A stretch of DNA of 64,000 nt, taken from an uncultured Acidobacteriota bacterium. GTDB lineage: Bacteria > Acidobacteriota > Thermoanaerobaculia > UBA5066. Within the stretch, counting starts at the first letter, position 1; every line of letters starts with the position of its first letter. The notes beneath the pieces are model-generated. The model had not been told where the DNA came from and did no database searches. It was given only the letters and a program-made list of their open reading frames with translations. The stretch is taken from contig CAVZYA010000001.1 of the NCBI GenBank assembly GCA_963779415.1, positions 516,519-580,518 of the forward strand. The letters are read 5' to 3'. This document shows positions 19,416 through 29,376 of the stretch, piece after piece. Position numbers and translations under genes: made by a program.

Positions 19416-19540
19416 AAAAAGACTTCGAGATCCCGGGGCCAAGGGATAGACTCGCTCGCGTTTCACCCCAGATTCCGACCGCGGCCCGCGTCGCCGGCCT
19501 CTCCCGGCGAGCCGGGCAAGAGACAGGAGGAGACGTCGCC

Positions 19541-21214
19541 GTGAGCACGATTCCCGAAAACTATCTTCCCCCGAAGGAGTTCCAACCCGAGCGGATCTAC
19601 AAGCTGAAGGAGTTCGCGAGCTACCCGGATCCGCTGAACAGCACCGAGGAGCTACTCGACAAACAGATCGCCGCGGGCCGGGGCGACAGCCCGGCGGTCC
19701 TCTTTGCGGACAAGGTCCTGACCTACAAGCAGCTTCTGGGGGCGTCCTGCAAGATCGGGAACGCGCTCCGGAAGCTGGGGGTCGAGGAGTCGGACCGGGT
19801 GTTGCTCCGCTCTCCGAACGTTCCGCCCGCCCTCTTCACGAACTTCGGGGTCCTGAGGCTCGGGGCGGTCATCGTCCCGACCTCTCACATGCTCTCCCCC
19901 CCGGAGATCATCCACATCGCCAACAACGCCGAGGCGAAGGTGATCGTGGTGGCGTCCGCGTTCCTCGAAGGGGTCATCAAGGCGCGCCCGAACCTGAAGA
20001 CCGTCAAGCACGTCATCGTCTTCGGCGGCCAGCCCGAGGAGCTGAAGAAGCAGGATCTTCTCTGCTACGAGGAGCTCGTCGCGAACGAGGCGCCGGCCTT
20101 CGCCCCGGTACGCCGTCCGCGCAAAGCCGTCGCCGTTCTTCTTTACACCTCGGGCACGACCGGCCTGCCGAAAGGGACGGTCCACTACCAGGAAGAGGCC
20201 CTGATCGTTCCGGACACCTTCGGCAAGTACGGATGGAACGTCCAGCCGGAAGACATCATCTGCGGACCCGCGCCCATCTCGCTGGCCGGCGGATACTCGA
20301 CCGTGGCGACGATCCCCTTCCGGTTCGGCGCCGCGGCCTCCCTGATTCCCAAATTCACGCCGGACGGGCTCTTCGAGACGGTCCAGAATCACAAGGTGAC
20401 GATCCTGAGCGCCCTCCCCACGGCGTACCGCAAGATGCTCGAGGTTCCCGGCGCGGAGAAGAAATACAACCTCTCCACCCTCCGCGTCCTGACCGGTGGC
20501 GGTGAATCGCTGACCGCAAAAACCTACAACGACTGGAAGGGGCGCTTCGGCCAGGAGATCTACGAGGGGCTCGGCACGTCGGAGATGATGTACGTCTTCG
20601 TCTCGAGCGTGGTGACGCGGAAAGTCAAGCCCGGCGCGATCGGCACCGCCGTCCCCGGTTACGAGATCCAGGTCATCACCGAGGAGGGAAAGGTCGCCAA
20701 GCCCGGAGAGCTGGGCCGGCTTTACGCCCGCGGGCCGACGGGGACGCTCTACTGGCGCCCGTACGAGGACGGCGGCAGCATGCTGGAGAAGCAGAAAGCC
20801 GTCATCCGCGAGGGGTGGGTGCTCGTCGGGGACTTCTGCACGATAGACGACGACGGGTACCTCAGCTTCGTGTCGCGCCAGGAGGACCTGATCAAGAGCT
20901 CCGGCTACCGGATCGGACCCGAGGAGGTCGAGGACGCTCTTCTCAAGCACCCGGCCGTGGCGGACGCCGGCGTGATCGGGGTTCCGGACCCCGTCCGGGG
21001 CCACAACGTCAAGGCCTTCGTCCTCCTGAGGCCCGGACAGACGCCGAGCGACGAGCTGAAGCAGCAGATCATCGACAGTTGCCGAGATCACATCGCGATC
21101 TACAAGCTTCCCCGCATCATCGAATTCACGAGCGAACTCCCGCGCACCCTCCAGGGGAAGCTCCTCCGGCGGGTTCTGCGGGACAAGGACAAGGGGGCGG
21201 CTCCCGCGAGCTAG
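19541..21214 (+). CDS. AMP-forming acyl-CoA synthetase/ligase (benzoate/aryl-CoA ligase-like)
   Basis: GTG at 19541 with AGGAGG 11 nt upstream. LLYTSGTTGLPKG (AMP-binding box I), YEGLGTSE, and C-terminal ...GKLLRRVL with Lys. Confidence 0.85.
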   Translation: MSTIPENYLPPKEFQPERIYKLKEFASYPDPLNSTEELLDKQIAAGRGDSPAVLFADKVLTYKQLLGASCKIGNALRKLGVEESDRVLLRSPNVPPALFTNFGVLRLGAVIVPTSHMLSPPEIIHIANNAEAKVIVVASAFLEGVIKARPNLKTVKHVIVFGGQPEELKKQDLLCYEELVANEAPAFAPVRRPRKAVAVLLYTSGTTGLPKGTVHYQEEALIVPDTFGKYGWNVQPEDIICGPAPISLAGGYSTVATIPFRFGAAASLIPKFTPDGLFETVQNHKVTILSALPTAYRKMLEVPGAEKKYNLSTLRVLTGGGESLTAKTYNDWKGRFGQEIYEGLGTSEMMYVFVSSVVTRKVKPGAIGTAVPGYEIQVITEEGKVAKPGELGRLYARGPTGTLYWRPYEDGGSMLEKQKAVIREGWVLVGDFCTIDDDGYLSFVSRQEDLIKSSGYRIGPEEVEDALLKHPAVADAGVIGVPDPVRGHNVKAFVLLRPGQTPSDELKQQIIDSCRDHIAIYKLPRIIEFTSELPRTLQGKLLRRVLRDKDKGAAPAS

Positions 21215-21241
21215 GCGCCGACCCCGGCGAGGAGGCCGGCC

Positions 21242-22054
21242 ATGGCGGTCGTCACGGTGTCGCGCGGAGCCGGGAGCAAGGGGCAGGCATTCGCCCGGCA
21301 GCTTGCCGACCGCCTTGGATACGAGCTCGTCAGCCGGGAGGACGTCGTTCAGGCGGCGGCTAAATCCGGCGTCCCCGCCGAGAGGTTGCAAAAAGCGCTT
21401 CTCGAGGCGCCCGGCTTCTGGGACAGGCTCACCCTCGACCGGAAGCGATATCTGGCGTTCGTCCAGGCGGCGCTTTCGGAGCGGGCCCGCAAGGACCGGA
21501 TCGTCTACGAGGGGAACGCGGGACACCTGCTGCTCCGCGGCGTCTCGCACGTCGTCTGCATTCGTCTCCTGGCGCCGCTCTCGCACCGCGTCCAGACGGC
21601 CGTGGAAACTCTCGGGATGAGTCACGACGAAGCCGTTCGTTACATCGAGAGCTCGGATCACGAACGGGAGAACTGGACGCGCTTTCTCTACGGCGTGGAC
21701 TGGCTCGATGCCGCCCTCTACGACGTCACCCTCAATCTGAGGACGCTCCTGATCGACGGCGCCGTCGAGGCGGCGCTGGCGGTCGTCCAGCGCCCGGAGT
21801 TCGCGCCGACCGGAGAGAGCCGGAGCGCGATGGAGAACCTCGTTCTGGAAAGCCGCGTGCAGGCGGCCCTCGCGTCCAATGGCGAGACCGCGGCGGCGGC
21901 GGTCCAGGTACATGCCGGGGACGGAGTCGTGTCGCTTCGGGGCCGGGTCCGCCCGGCCCGGATGGTCGACGCCGTCCTCGGCGTCGTCGGCCGCGTGGAC
22001 GGTGTGAAGGAGATCGACTCGCGGGACCTCGGAGCGCCCGACTACACCGTTTAG
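21242..22054 (+). CDS. Cytidylate-kinase-like P-loop protein with C-terminal BON domain
   Basis: N-terminal VVTVSRGAGSKGQAFARQLADRLGY P-loop. C-terminal ...VVSLRGRVRPARMVDAVLGVVGRVDGVKEI resembles BON. Confidence 0.55.
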   Translation: MAVVTVSRGAGSKGQAFARQLADRLGYELVSREDVVQAAAKSGVPAERLQKALLEAPGFWDRLTLDRKRYLAFVQAALSERARKDRIVYEGNAGHLLLRGVSHVVCIRLLAPLSHRVQTAVETLGMSHDEAVRYIESSDHERENWTRFLYGVDWLDAALYDVTLNLRTLLIDGAVEAALAVVQRPEFAPTGESRSAMENLVLESRVQAALASNGETAAAAVQVHAGDGVVSLRGRVRPARMVDAVLGVVGRVDGVKEIDSRDLGAPDYTV

Positions 22055-22082
22055 GCGAGACGGCCGAAAATCTCCGTTCCCC

Positions 22083-22460
22083 TCAGGACTTCGGACCCCC
22101 CGTCAGGCTCACGATGAGGTCCCGAAGCTGCGTGATCTTGAACGGCTTGGGAATGAAATCCACCGCTCCGCTCCGCATCGCCTCGCGCGCCGTGTCGACG
22201 GTGGCGAAACCGGTGATGATGATCACCTTCGTCGCCGGCGCGTGCTCCTGCGCAAACCGGAGGACATCGATGCCGTCCGGCCCCTGCATCTTGAGATCCG
22301 TCACGAGGACGTCGAATTTCTCTTCCATCAGCCGGTCGATGACCTTCTGGCTGTCCGTGTAGGTCTCCACTTCGAAGCCGCTCTTCTCCAGCGCCGGCTT
22401 GAGCCTCTCGCACACGATGGGCTCGTCGTCGAGGATCAGGATCCTCCGTTTGCCTCTCAT
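22083..22460 (-). CDS. Single-domain CheY-like response regulator
   Basis: ILILDDEP...DVLVTDLKMQG...IIITG...KPF motifs. 125 aa. Stop overlaps the start of the upstream PEP-utilising enzyme gene. Confidence 0.85.
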   Translation of the reverse strand: MRGKRRILILDDEPIVCERLKPALEKSGFEVETYTDSQKVIDRLMEEKFDVLVTDLKMQGPDGIDVLRFAQEHAPATKVIIITGFATVDTAREAMRSGAVDFIPKPFKITQLRDLIVSLTGGPKS

Positions 22461-25069
22461 CGCGTCTGTCGTCTCCTTTCCATGCCGCCATCGTCAAAGC
22501 CCGACACCACGCCGTACTTCCCCTCCATGAAGCTGCTCACGAACCGGTCGACGAGACCGTCGTCGCGCAGGAGGATGTCGAGCTGTCTCGTGAAGCCGAT
22601 CAGGCGCCCGATCATCCGGAGGCGATCGACCATGGCGTCGCAGGGGATCTTCTTCACCCTCCCGATCACGAGGTCGCCCGCCCCGCCGACCACGAAGTCG
22701 TGGGCCGTGAGAATCTGCCGGAGGAGGACGGCGCGACGGGCCCGACGCGTCATTTCGGTCACGCCGCCGGTGAAGCGGAAGTAGATGTAGTTGTCGCTGC
22801 GCGACTCCGAAAGAAAGGACTCCACGATGTTGAAGTGATACCCGAGCCGGAGGCTCAGGTTCAGGTAATCGGCGGCAACGATGGCGACGTTCAGGTCCGG
22901 GCGCATCGACGACTGGTCGGTGAGCGCTTGGGAGCGGGTCATGCTCGACATGAAGCCGTCGAGGTCCATGTCGGCCGGCCCGGTGGCCCAGACGCCTTCG
23001 GTGGCCAGTCCCTCCATCACGGCCTGGAGCGGGCGCGAGCGGATCTGTTCGGGGCGGAGTGGCGTCCGGTCATCGCCGGATTCCACGCCCCCGCCGAGGT
23101 CGATGACGACGAGGTCGAGCGGCACCTTCAGGTCCAACCGGCGAACGGACCGGTCGCCCGGCCGGGGCGTCAGCCGGTGCCCTTCGGCCAGCTCCTCCAT
23201 CGCCTTCTCGTGGGCGAAGCGGATGATGTCGTGGTACGTCAGGCAATACTTGGGGAAGAAGTTCGACCCCCGGGGATTCTTGAGGTTCAGCGGGGCGATC
23301 TTCCGGAGCATCCGCCGGAGGAGACGGAACTCGGGCGTGTCGGAGAACGTCGCCCGGCGTAGGAGCTGATCCTCCAGAAGCTCGCGGACGCAGCCCGCGT
23401 AGACCACGTTCTCTTCGGCGTCCACGGTCACCTCGCCGGCGTCCCTGAGAAGCTCCGTGGCGTTCCCGGCGTCGACGATGGCGGGCACGCGGAACTCGCG
23501 CGCGATGGCGGCGAGGTGGCCGGTGGAGGTGCCGATGTCGGTAATGACGGCGGCGGCCTGCGCCACGGCCGCCGCCAGCCGAGGCGAAGAGGTCCTCGCC
23601 ACCAGAACGACGCCCGGGGTGACGACGTCCAGCTCCTCGGAGCCCGCGAGGATGCGGACGGGGCCGGAGCCGATGCCGCGGCATGCCACGACGCCGCGGT
23701 TCTTCAAAAGGACGGGATGACGGCTCGTCACCTCGTCCAGATCGAGAGACAAAGGGGGCGGGAGATTCACGAGACGAAGCGGCCTCGATTGCAGGACGAA
23801 GAGACGCCCGTCGGGATCGATCGCCCACTCGATGTCCTGCGCTCCCTTCATGTACCTTTCGATCCGGAGCGCCGTGGCCGAAAGCTGCTGAAGCTCCGGA
23901 TCCGACACCGCCGGGACCGATCTCTCGGCCGCCGGAACGAGGACTCTTTCCACGCCGCCGCGGCCGACCGAGTACATTTCCGTCTTCTCGGCCACTCTCC
24001 TCGCGAGCACTTCGTGCGGCGCCTCCCGCGACACTTCGAACCGGTCGACGGCGAGGTTCCCTTCGACGACCGCCCGTCCGAGGCCGCGGGCGGCGGAAAT
24101 CTGGAGGACCCTTCTCGACGGGTCGTTCGGATCCAGTGTGTAGACGACGCCCGAAGCGCGCGCCGGGACCATGCTGAGGCAGGCCACGGCCATCAGCCCC
24201 TGTGCCGGATCGAGTCCGCCGCTCTTCCGGTACTGCATCACTCCGGCGGAGAAGAGGCTCGACACCACCTGCCGGTAGGCCGGGAGGACGTCCGCGGGCG
24301 AGACCCCCAGCCGGGTCTCGTACTGCCCGGCGAAGCTGAGCTCGCCGTCCTCGCCGAGCGCGCTGCTCCGGACGGCGAGGGCCACGAACTTCCCCTTCTG
24401 CTTCAGATCGTCGAGAGCTTTCCGGACCGCTCGCGCGAGCTCCTTCGGCAACGCCGCGTCCCGAACCTTCGCTTGGAGGGCGTTCGCCAGCCCGGCCATT
24501 CCAGCCGTCCGGTCCGCCTCGTTCCCGCTCCGCCAACTCTCGATCATGGCTCCGATTCCCGCCTGCTCGAGGAAGAGCTGGCAGGCGTAAGCCGTGATCA
24601 CGAAGCCCTCCGGAACGTGGCAGCCTTCCAGCTTCTTCAGGGAGCCGAGGCGGGCGATCTTCTCGCCCACGGTGTCGGCCAGCTCCTCCCCGACGCTCTC
24701 GAGGGGAACGACGATGTCCGCCTCGGGGACGAAAAGGCGCGACTCCAGCGTGGCGCGCACCGAGGCGTCGGCGCGCTTGAGGGCGTCGACGAGATCCGGG
24801 TAGCGGTCGCCCGTGATGGCGTTGAGGTCGAAGACGACCGCGCGGGTCGCCGCCTCGAGCTGCCCGGCGAGGGTGGCGAGCGTGTTCCGGTCGAAGACGT
24901 ACTCGCCTCCGAGCATCTCGCCCGCCTTCGCGATCAGTTCCAGGACCTCGTTGTTCTTGTCGACGAGGTCGCGCAGCCCCTCGATCCTCCGGCGAACGGC
25001 GTCGACCGTCTCCTCGGGCCGGGACTCCCGGGTGACCCTCTTCCAGAGGCTTCCCATATCGAGTGCCAC
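22457..25069 (-). CDS. PEP-utilising enzyme family protein (PEP synthase/pyruvate phosphate dikinase-like, 870 aa)
   Basis: ATP-grasp-like N-terminal part. Phospho-histidine mobile domain ...TSSPRLAAAVAQAAAVITDIGTSTGHLAAIAREFRVPAIV... and a PEP/pyruvate-binding C-terminal part. Confidence 0.8.
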   Translation of the reverse strand: MALDMGSLWKRVTRESRPEETVDAVRRRIEGLRDLVDKNNEVLELIAKAGEMLGGEYVFDRNTLATLAGQLEAATRAVVFDLNAITGDRYPDLVDALKRADASVRATLESRLFVPEADIVVPLESVGEELADTVGEKIARLGSLKKLEGCHVPEGFVITAYACQLFLEQAGIGAMIESWRSGNEADRTAGMAGLANALQAKVRDAALPKELARAVRKALDDLKQKGKFVALAVRSSALGEDGELSFAGQYETRLGVSPADVLPAYRQVVSSLFSAGVMQYRKSGGLDPAQGLMAVACLSMVPARASGVVYTLDPNDPSRRVLQISAARGLGRAVVEGNLAVDRFEVSREAPHEVLARRVAEKTEMYSVGRGGVERVLVPAAERSVPAVSDPELQQLSATALRIERYMKGAQDIEWAIDPDGRLFVLQSRPLRLVNLPPPLSLDLDEVTSRHPVLLKNRGVVACRGIGSGPVRILAGSEELDVVTPGVVLVARTSSPRLAAAVAQAAAVITDIGTSTGHLAAIAREFRVPAIVDAGNATELLRDAGEVTVDAEENVVYAGCVRELLEDQLLRRATFSDTPEFRLLRRMLRKIAPLNLKNPRGSNFFPKYCLTYHDIIRFAHEKAMEELAEGHRLTPRPGDRSVRRLDLKVPLDLVVIDLGGGVESGDDRTPLRPEQIRSRPLQAVMEGLATEGVWATGPADMDLDGFMSSMTRSQALTDQSSMRPDLNVAIVAADYLNLSLRLGYHFNIVESFLSESRSDNYIYFRFTGGVTEMTRRARRAVLLRQILTAHDFVVGGAGDLVIGRVKKIPCDAMVDRLRMIGRLIGFTRQLDILLRDDGLVDRFVSSFMEGKYGVVSGFDDGGMERRRQTR

Positions 25070-25070
25070 C

Positions 25071-25874
25071 CTAGTGCGGCCGTCTGGACCCGCGGCCGAA
25101 GACGACTCCGGTGAACATGCCCGCGGCGATCGCGACCACGACGGAGACGATTCCGTAGAGGAGGCCGCGCTCGTGCGCCATTCTCGAGGTGAACGCGGCG
25201 AATCCCACCTGCTGCACGATCATGGCCGTCCCGGCCACGGCGGCCCCCTCTCCGTCGCGAAACGAGAAGAGCCGGACCCGGTACTCCCCGGGGGGGGTTT
25301 TCGCCGGGAGAAAGAGGTCCGCCGCGACCTCGAGGCGGCCTTCGCCCCCCGGTTTCAACGAGACCGTGCCTTCCACGAGGGACCAGAGCCCTTCGCCCTT
25401 CTTGAGCCGCACCAGCTCGCCGAACAGCGCCGCGCTGCCGGCGGCTGCCTCTCCGGCGGTCGCCCGGGCCTCCAGGGCATCCACGCCCACGCCGAGGCGT
25501 GCGAGGACCCCGGCGGGCGCGAGATCTCTCAGGGGCCCGGAGGTGCAGAGGAGATAGACGGACGGAACGTGGTCGAAGGCGACATCGCCGGTATTCATCC
25601 AGAAGAGACCCCAGACTCTCCCCTTTCTCTTGAGATCGAGCCGGCCCTCGCTCCCCTCGCAGACGACGGCGGCCTTCTGGCCGGCCGGAATCGTCCCGTG
25701 GACGTGAAGCAGGGCCCCATTGAAGAAGAGGCCGACCCGGACGACATCGGGCTCCACCGAAAGCGTTCCGTGCCCTTCGGCGGGGTCGCCCGGCGTCTGG
25801 CCGCCGGATCGGGTCGCCAGGACGGCGAGGCCCAGTGCGCCCAGCGCCCGAAGCCCCCAGCGCGAGGCCCTCAT
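25071..25874 (-). CDS. Conserved hypothetical secreted/membrane-anchored protein, a frequent partner of TauE/SafE exporters
   Basis: Signal peptide, C-terminal TM (LYGIVSVVVAIAAGMFTGVVF). Stop 3 nt before the TauE start codon. Confidence 0.5.
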   Translation of the reverse strand: MRASRWGLRALGALGLAVLATRSGGQTPGDPAEGHGTLSVEPDVVRVGLFFNGALLHVHGTIPAGQKAAVVCEGSEGRLDLKRKGRVWGLFWMNTGDVAFDHVPSVYLLCTSGPLRDLAPAGVLARLGVGVDALEARATAGEAAAGSAALFGELVRLKKGEGLWSLVEGTVSLKPGGEGRLEVAADLFLPAKTPPGEYRVRLFSFRDGEGAAVAGTAMIVQQVGFAAFTSRMAHERGLLYGIVSVVVAIAAGMFTGVVFGRGSRRPH

Positions 25875-25877
25875 CGC

Positions 25878-26807
25878 TCAGTGCCCTCCCCCGTACGTCA
25901 GCATGACGTCCGGCTTCAGAAGAAGGCCGAGAAGCATCTTCACCATCACGGCCAGAACGATGACGGACATGAGGATCTTGAGCTGATCGGCCTGCAGCCG
26001 CTTGCTGAAGCGGGCGCCGACCTGGGCCCCGATGACCGAGCCGATCAGCAGTATCAGCGCCAGCACGACGTCCACGTTGTGGTTCACCGCGGCCTGGAGA
26101 ATCGTCACGTTGATGCAGGTGGCGAGGATCTGGAAAAGGCTCGTCCCCACGACCACGTGCATCGGCATCCGGAGGAGGTAGACCATCACCGGGACCATGA
26201 TGAAGCCCCCTCCGACCCCCATCACGGCGGCGAGCGCGCCGACCACCACCCCGAAGAAGAGCGGGACGAGCGCCGAGAAAGTGACGTTCGAGCGCGCGAA
26301 GTGCATCTTCATGGGAAGGGCCTCGACGAGGCGAGCGAGCGGCGACCGACGCCGTTCCGCGCCCTGCGGAGTCGGACGGCGCCCCCCGCGAAGCCCCTGA
26401 AGGCTCTCGAAGAACATGTAGCTGCCGACGCCGCCGAGCATCAGGACGTACGTCGCCGTGATCACGAAACCCGCCTCGCCGGCGCTCCGGAGAAGCTTGA
26501 TCAAAACGACGCCGAGCGACCCGCCGACGATGCCGCCGACGAGGAGCAGTCCCCCCATCCTGAAGTCGACCGACCCGGCCCGAGCGTGCGCATACGTCCC
26601 CGAGGCCGAGGCCGCCACGATCTGGTTGGAGTCCGAGGCGGCCGCGATCGTGGCGGGAACGCCGATCATCATCAGGAGGGGGGTCATCAGGAACCCGCCG
26701 CCCACCCCGAAGAGGCCCGAGAGGAAGCCGACGAGCCCTCCCAGCCCGAGGAGAAGGAAGACGTTCACCGCGTTGCCGGCGATCGGCAGATAGACGGAGA
26801 AGCTCAT
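25878..26807 (-). CDS. TauE/SafE family sulfite/anion exporter
   Basis: 309 aa polytopic membrane protein with the duplicated 4-TM GxxxG pattern (LGGLVGFLSGLFGVGGGFLMTPLL...). Confidence 0.85.
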   Translation of the reverse strand: MSFSVYLPIAGNAVNVFLLLGLGGLVGFLSGLFGVGGGFLMTPLLMMIGVPATIAAASDSNQIVAASASGTYAHARAGSVDFRMGGLLLVGGIVGGSLGVVLIKLLRSAGEAGFVITATYVLMLGGVGSYMFFESLQGLRGGRRPTPQGAERRRSPLARLVEALPMKMHFARSNVTFSALVPLFFGVVVGALAAVMGVGGGFIMVPVMVYLLRMPMHVVVGTSLFQILATCINVTILQAAVNHNVDVVLALILLIGSVIGAQVGARFSKRLQADQLKILMSVIVLAVMVKMLLGLLLKPDVMLTYGGGH

Positions 26808-26814
26808 CGGCGCA

Positions 26815-28335
26815 TCAAGCCTCCGTTCTTTGAATCCGGGCGACGGGGATGAGGACGGTGAAAGTCGTCCCTTCTCCCACCGCGCTCTCGACCGAGATCT
26901 TCCCGCCGTGCTTCTCGACGATCGACTGCACCACGGTGAGGCCGAGCCCGGTCCCCTTGCCGGCTTCCTTCGTGGTGAAGAAGGGCTCGAAGATCTTTCC
27001 GAGATTCTCGGCGCTGATCCCCACTCCCGTGTCGCTCACGTCGACGCGGACCATCGACTCGCCTTCCGGGCGCGCCCGGATGCCGAGCACGCCCCCCTTC
27101 GGCATGGCGTGAATTCCGTTGAGGCAGAGGTTGAGGAAGACCTGCTGGAGGTTGCGCGGGTTGCCGAGGACGGGAGGGAGGTTCCCGTCGGTCTCCAGCC
27201 GGGGCTCCACCCGGGCCAGGCTCAGCTCGTTGCCGATCAGCTTGAGGGTCGATTCGAGGATCCCCGCGATGGCCACCTGCGTGAAGGCGGGCTGGTCCTT
27301 GCGGGTGAAGTCGAGAAGCTGGCGGACGGTCGCGCTCGCCCGCTCCACCTGCGTGGAGATCTGGTCGAGCATCCGGAGCTTTTCGTCCTCCGAAAAGCTC
27401 GCGAAGTCGTCGAGAAGGGTCTCGGTCGTCAGGCTGATGTTGTTGAGCGGGTTGTTCAGCTCGTGGGCGATGCCCGACGTGAGCGACCCCACGGCGGCCA
27501 TCCGCTCCGAATGGACGAGACGCTCCTGATGGGCCTTGAGCTCGTGAAGCGTGCGGTTCATCGCCATGGCGAGGTTCGAGAACTCGTCGCGATACTTGCG
27601 AACCGGCGTGATCGGGGAATAGTCCCCCGTTCCGATCCGCTCCATGTACCTCATGAAGCGCCCGAGCGGCTGAAGGACCGTCCGGGCGAGAAAAGCGGCC
27701 ACGAGGACCATCGTGAGAACCATGAAGACGAGAAAGCCGACGGCGGAGACCAGGGCGGTGTTCAGCGCGGCGTGCACCGCCAGGCGCTCCTGGTCGAGCG
27801 TCTCCTCGGCATCCAGCACGATCTGGGCGCCGTGCTGCCGGAGAAGGGTTTGGATACTCAGGCGTTCCTCCGCCGGCCGGTCTGCCGGCGCCTGCGTGAG
27901 GTGCAGGAGTCGTTCCAGGCTCGTCTCGTACAGCGTCAGACTCGCGCGCATGGCGGCGAGCTTCTTCGCGCCGAGGACCGACTCCAGCTCCTGCCGGTTG
28001 CGCTCGAGATAGGCGTCCGCCAGGTGGACGCTGCTCAACGCGTCGTCGAGGTTCGTGCCATAGAGAAAGAAGTTCTTCTCGTACCGGCGCGCCTGCTGGA
28101 TCTCGAACTCGTAGCCGGCCGCCCGCTCGAGAAATCCCTGCTTCACCTTGAGGTTCGAGATGAGCACCACGGCCATCACCGTGATGGCGGCGAGAAGAAG
28201 GAACAGGGCGCCGAAAGCCGCCGCGATGCGCGCCGCCACGCTGAACCGCGGACGTTGAAAAAGCGCACGCTGCGCCTCGACCTCCGCTCCTTCTCCCGCG
28301 ACCTTCGGTCGGGGCATGGACTCCGGAGAGGTCAT
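26815..28335 (-). CDS. Membrane sensor histidine kinase (HisKA + HATPase_c)
   Basis: H-box SERMAAVGSLTSGIAHELNNPL, N-box LQQVFLNLCLNGIHAM, G-boxes DTGVGI and GTGLGL. Two TM segments flank a periplasmic region. Confidence 0.85.
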   Translation of the reverse strand: MTSPESMPRPKVAGEGAEVEAQRALFQRPRFSVAARIAAAFGALFLLLAAITVMAVVLISNLKVKQGFLERAAGYEFEIQQARRYEKNFFLYGTNLDDALSSVHLADAYLERNRQELESVLGAKKLAAMRASLTLYETSLERLLHLTQAPADRPAEERLSIQTLLRQHGAQIVLDAEETLDQERLAVHAALNTALVSAVGFLVFMVLTMVLVAAFLARTVLQPLGRFMRYMERIGTGDYSPITPVRKYRDEFSNLAMAMNRTLHELKAHQERLVHSERMAAVGSLTSGIAHELNNPLNNISLTTETLLDDFASFSEDEKLRMLDQISTQVERASATVRQLLDFTRKDQPAFTQVAIAGILESTLKLIGNELSLARVEPRLETDGNLPPVLGNPRNLQQVFLNLCLNGIHAMPKGGVLGIRARPEGESMVRVDVSDTGVGISAENLGKIFEPFFTTKEAGKGTGLGLTVVQSIVEKHGGKISVESAVGEGTTFTVLIPVARIQRTEA

Positions 28336-28527
28336 GCGCGGAAGACCTCCGGGAGACGGAAGACGGGCGCGACCCGGGCCCAGAACACGTTTTCAGATCG
28401 TGGCACCGTTTCATGCGGACGTCCACCGTCTCCCGCGTCGGAGGGTTCCAAAAAGCCGGTACGCCACGACTTCGTGGAAGACGGGACGACGCCCGCTCCT
28501 GATCTATCATCGGGTCCGGTGACCACG

Positions 28528-29376
28528 ATGGTGCTGCAGGCCGTCGCGTCGGGAGTGGCGCTCGGTCTGATCTATGCCGGCGTCGGGGCCGGTCTCTCCC
28601 TGATCCTCGCGACCGGTCGGCTGACGAACCTCGCGCACGGAGAGTTCGTCCTCGCCGGCGGCTACATCCTTTACGCCCTCTGCCATGGTATCGGGTGGCC
28701 CTGGCCGGCCGCTCTCGCCGTGGCGGCTCTCGGCGGCGCCCTCCTGGGCGGGGCTCTTCCCCCCTTCGTCCGACGGCTTCCAAGGCGGGAGGTGGACGGT
28801 CTCGCTTTTACCCTCGGCGTGGCTTTCATCCTCCAGAACCTCCTTCTTCTCGGGGCCACCGCGACGTACCGTGTGATTCCCGGAGGTTACTGGCTCCGGA
28901 CAGTCCCCTTCGGGCCGGTGATTCTGAGCCGGGTCTCTCTCGCGGCCGCGGGGGCGGCCGCGGCCGCACTCGTCGGACTCGACCTCTGGCTCCGCTTCAG
29001 CTGGACCGGATCGGGCCTCCGGGCCGTCAGTCAGTCCCGGCCGGCGGCCGCCAGTCTCGGGATCTCCCCCGCCCGGATGGAGCGGATTGCCTTTCTCGCC
29101 GGTGGCGCGACCGCGGCGGCTGCCGGAGGACTTGTTCTTCTGACCCGATTCCTGACGCCGGGAGAAGGTCCCGCCTGGACGCTCGTGGCTCTTGCGGTCG
29201 CTTTCCTCGGCGGCCGGCCGGCCGCAGGGGCGCTCATGGCGGCCGGAGTCGGGCTCGGCGTCGCGGAGTCCCTCGCCACGGTTCTCGCGGGAGGAGCGTG
29301 GCGGGAGGTCGTGGTGAGCGCGTCGGTCCTCCTCTGGCTTCTCGTCCGCGGGAGAACTCTCCTCACCGATGCGTGA
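28528..29376 (+). CDS. Branched-chain amino acid ABC transporter permease (LivH-like)
   Basis: ATG at 28528. Hydrophobic, with the LivH-type N-terminus MVLQAVASGVALGLIYAGVGAGLSLI. Confidence 0.8.
   Translation: MVLQAVASGVALGLIYAGVGAGLSLILATGRLTNLAHGEFVLAGGYILYALCHGIGWPWPAALAVAALGGALLGGALPPFVRRLPRREVDGLAFTLGVAFILQNLLLLGATATYRVIPGGYWLRTVPFGPVILSRVSLAAAGAAAAALVGLDLWLRFSWTGSGLRAVSQSRPAAASLGISPARMERIAFLAGGATAAAAGGLVLLTRFLTPGEGPAWTLVALAVAFLGGRPAAGALMAAGVGLGVAESLATVLAGGAWREVVVSASVLLWLLVRGRTLLTDA

Noticed and set aside
23070-25114. ORFs 23070-24536(-), 23516-25114(+) and 24813-26852(+) overlapping the PEP-utilising enzyme, TauE and partner genes
   Set aside because: Alternate-frame or antisense ORFs with RG-rich translations. 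The annotated genes on these stretches have strong family signatures.
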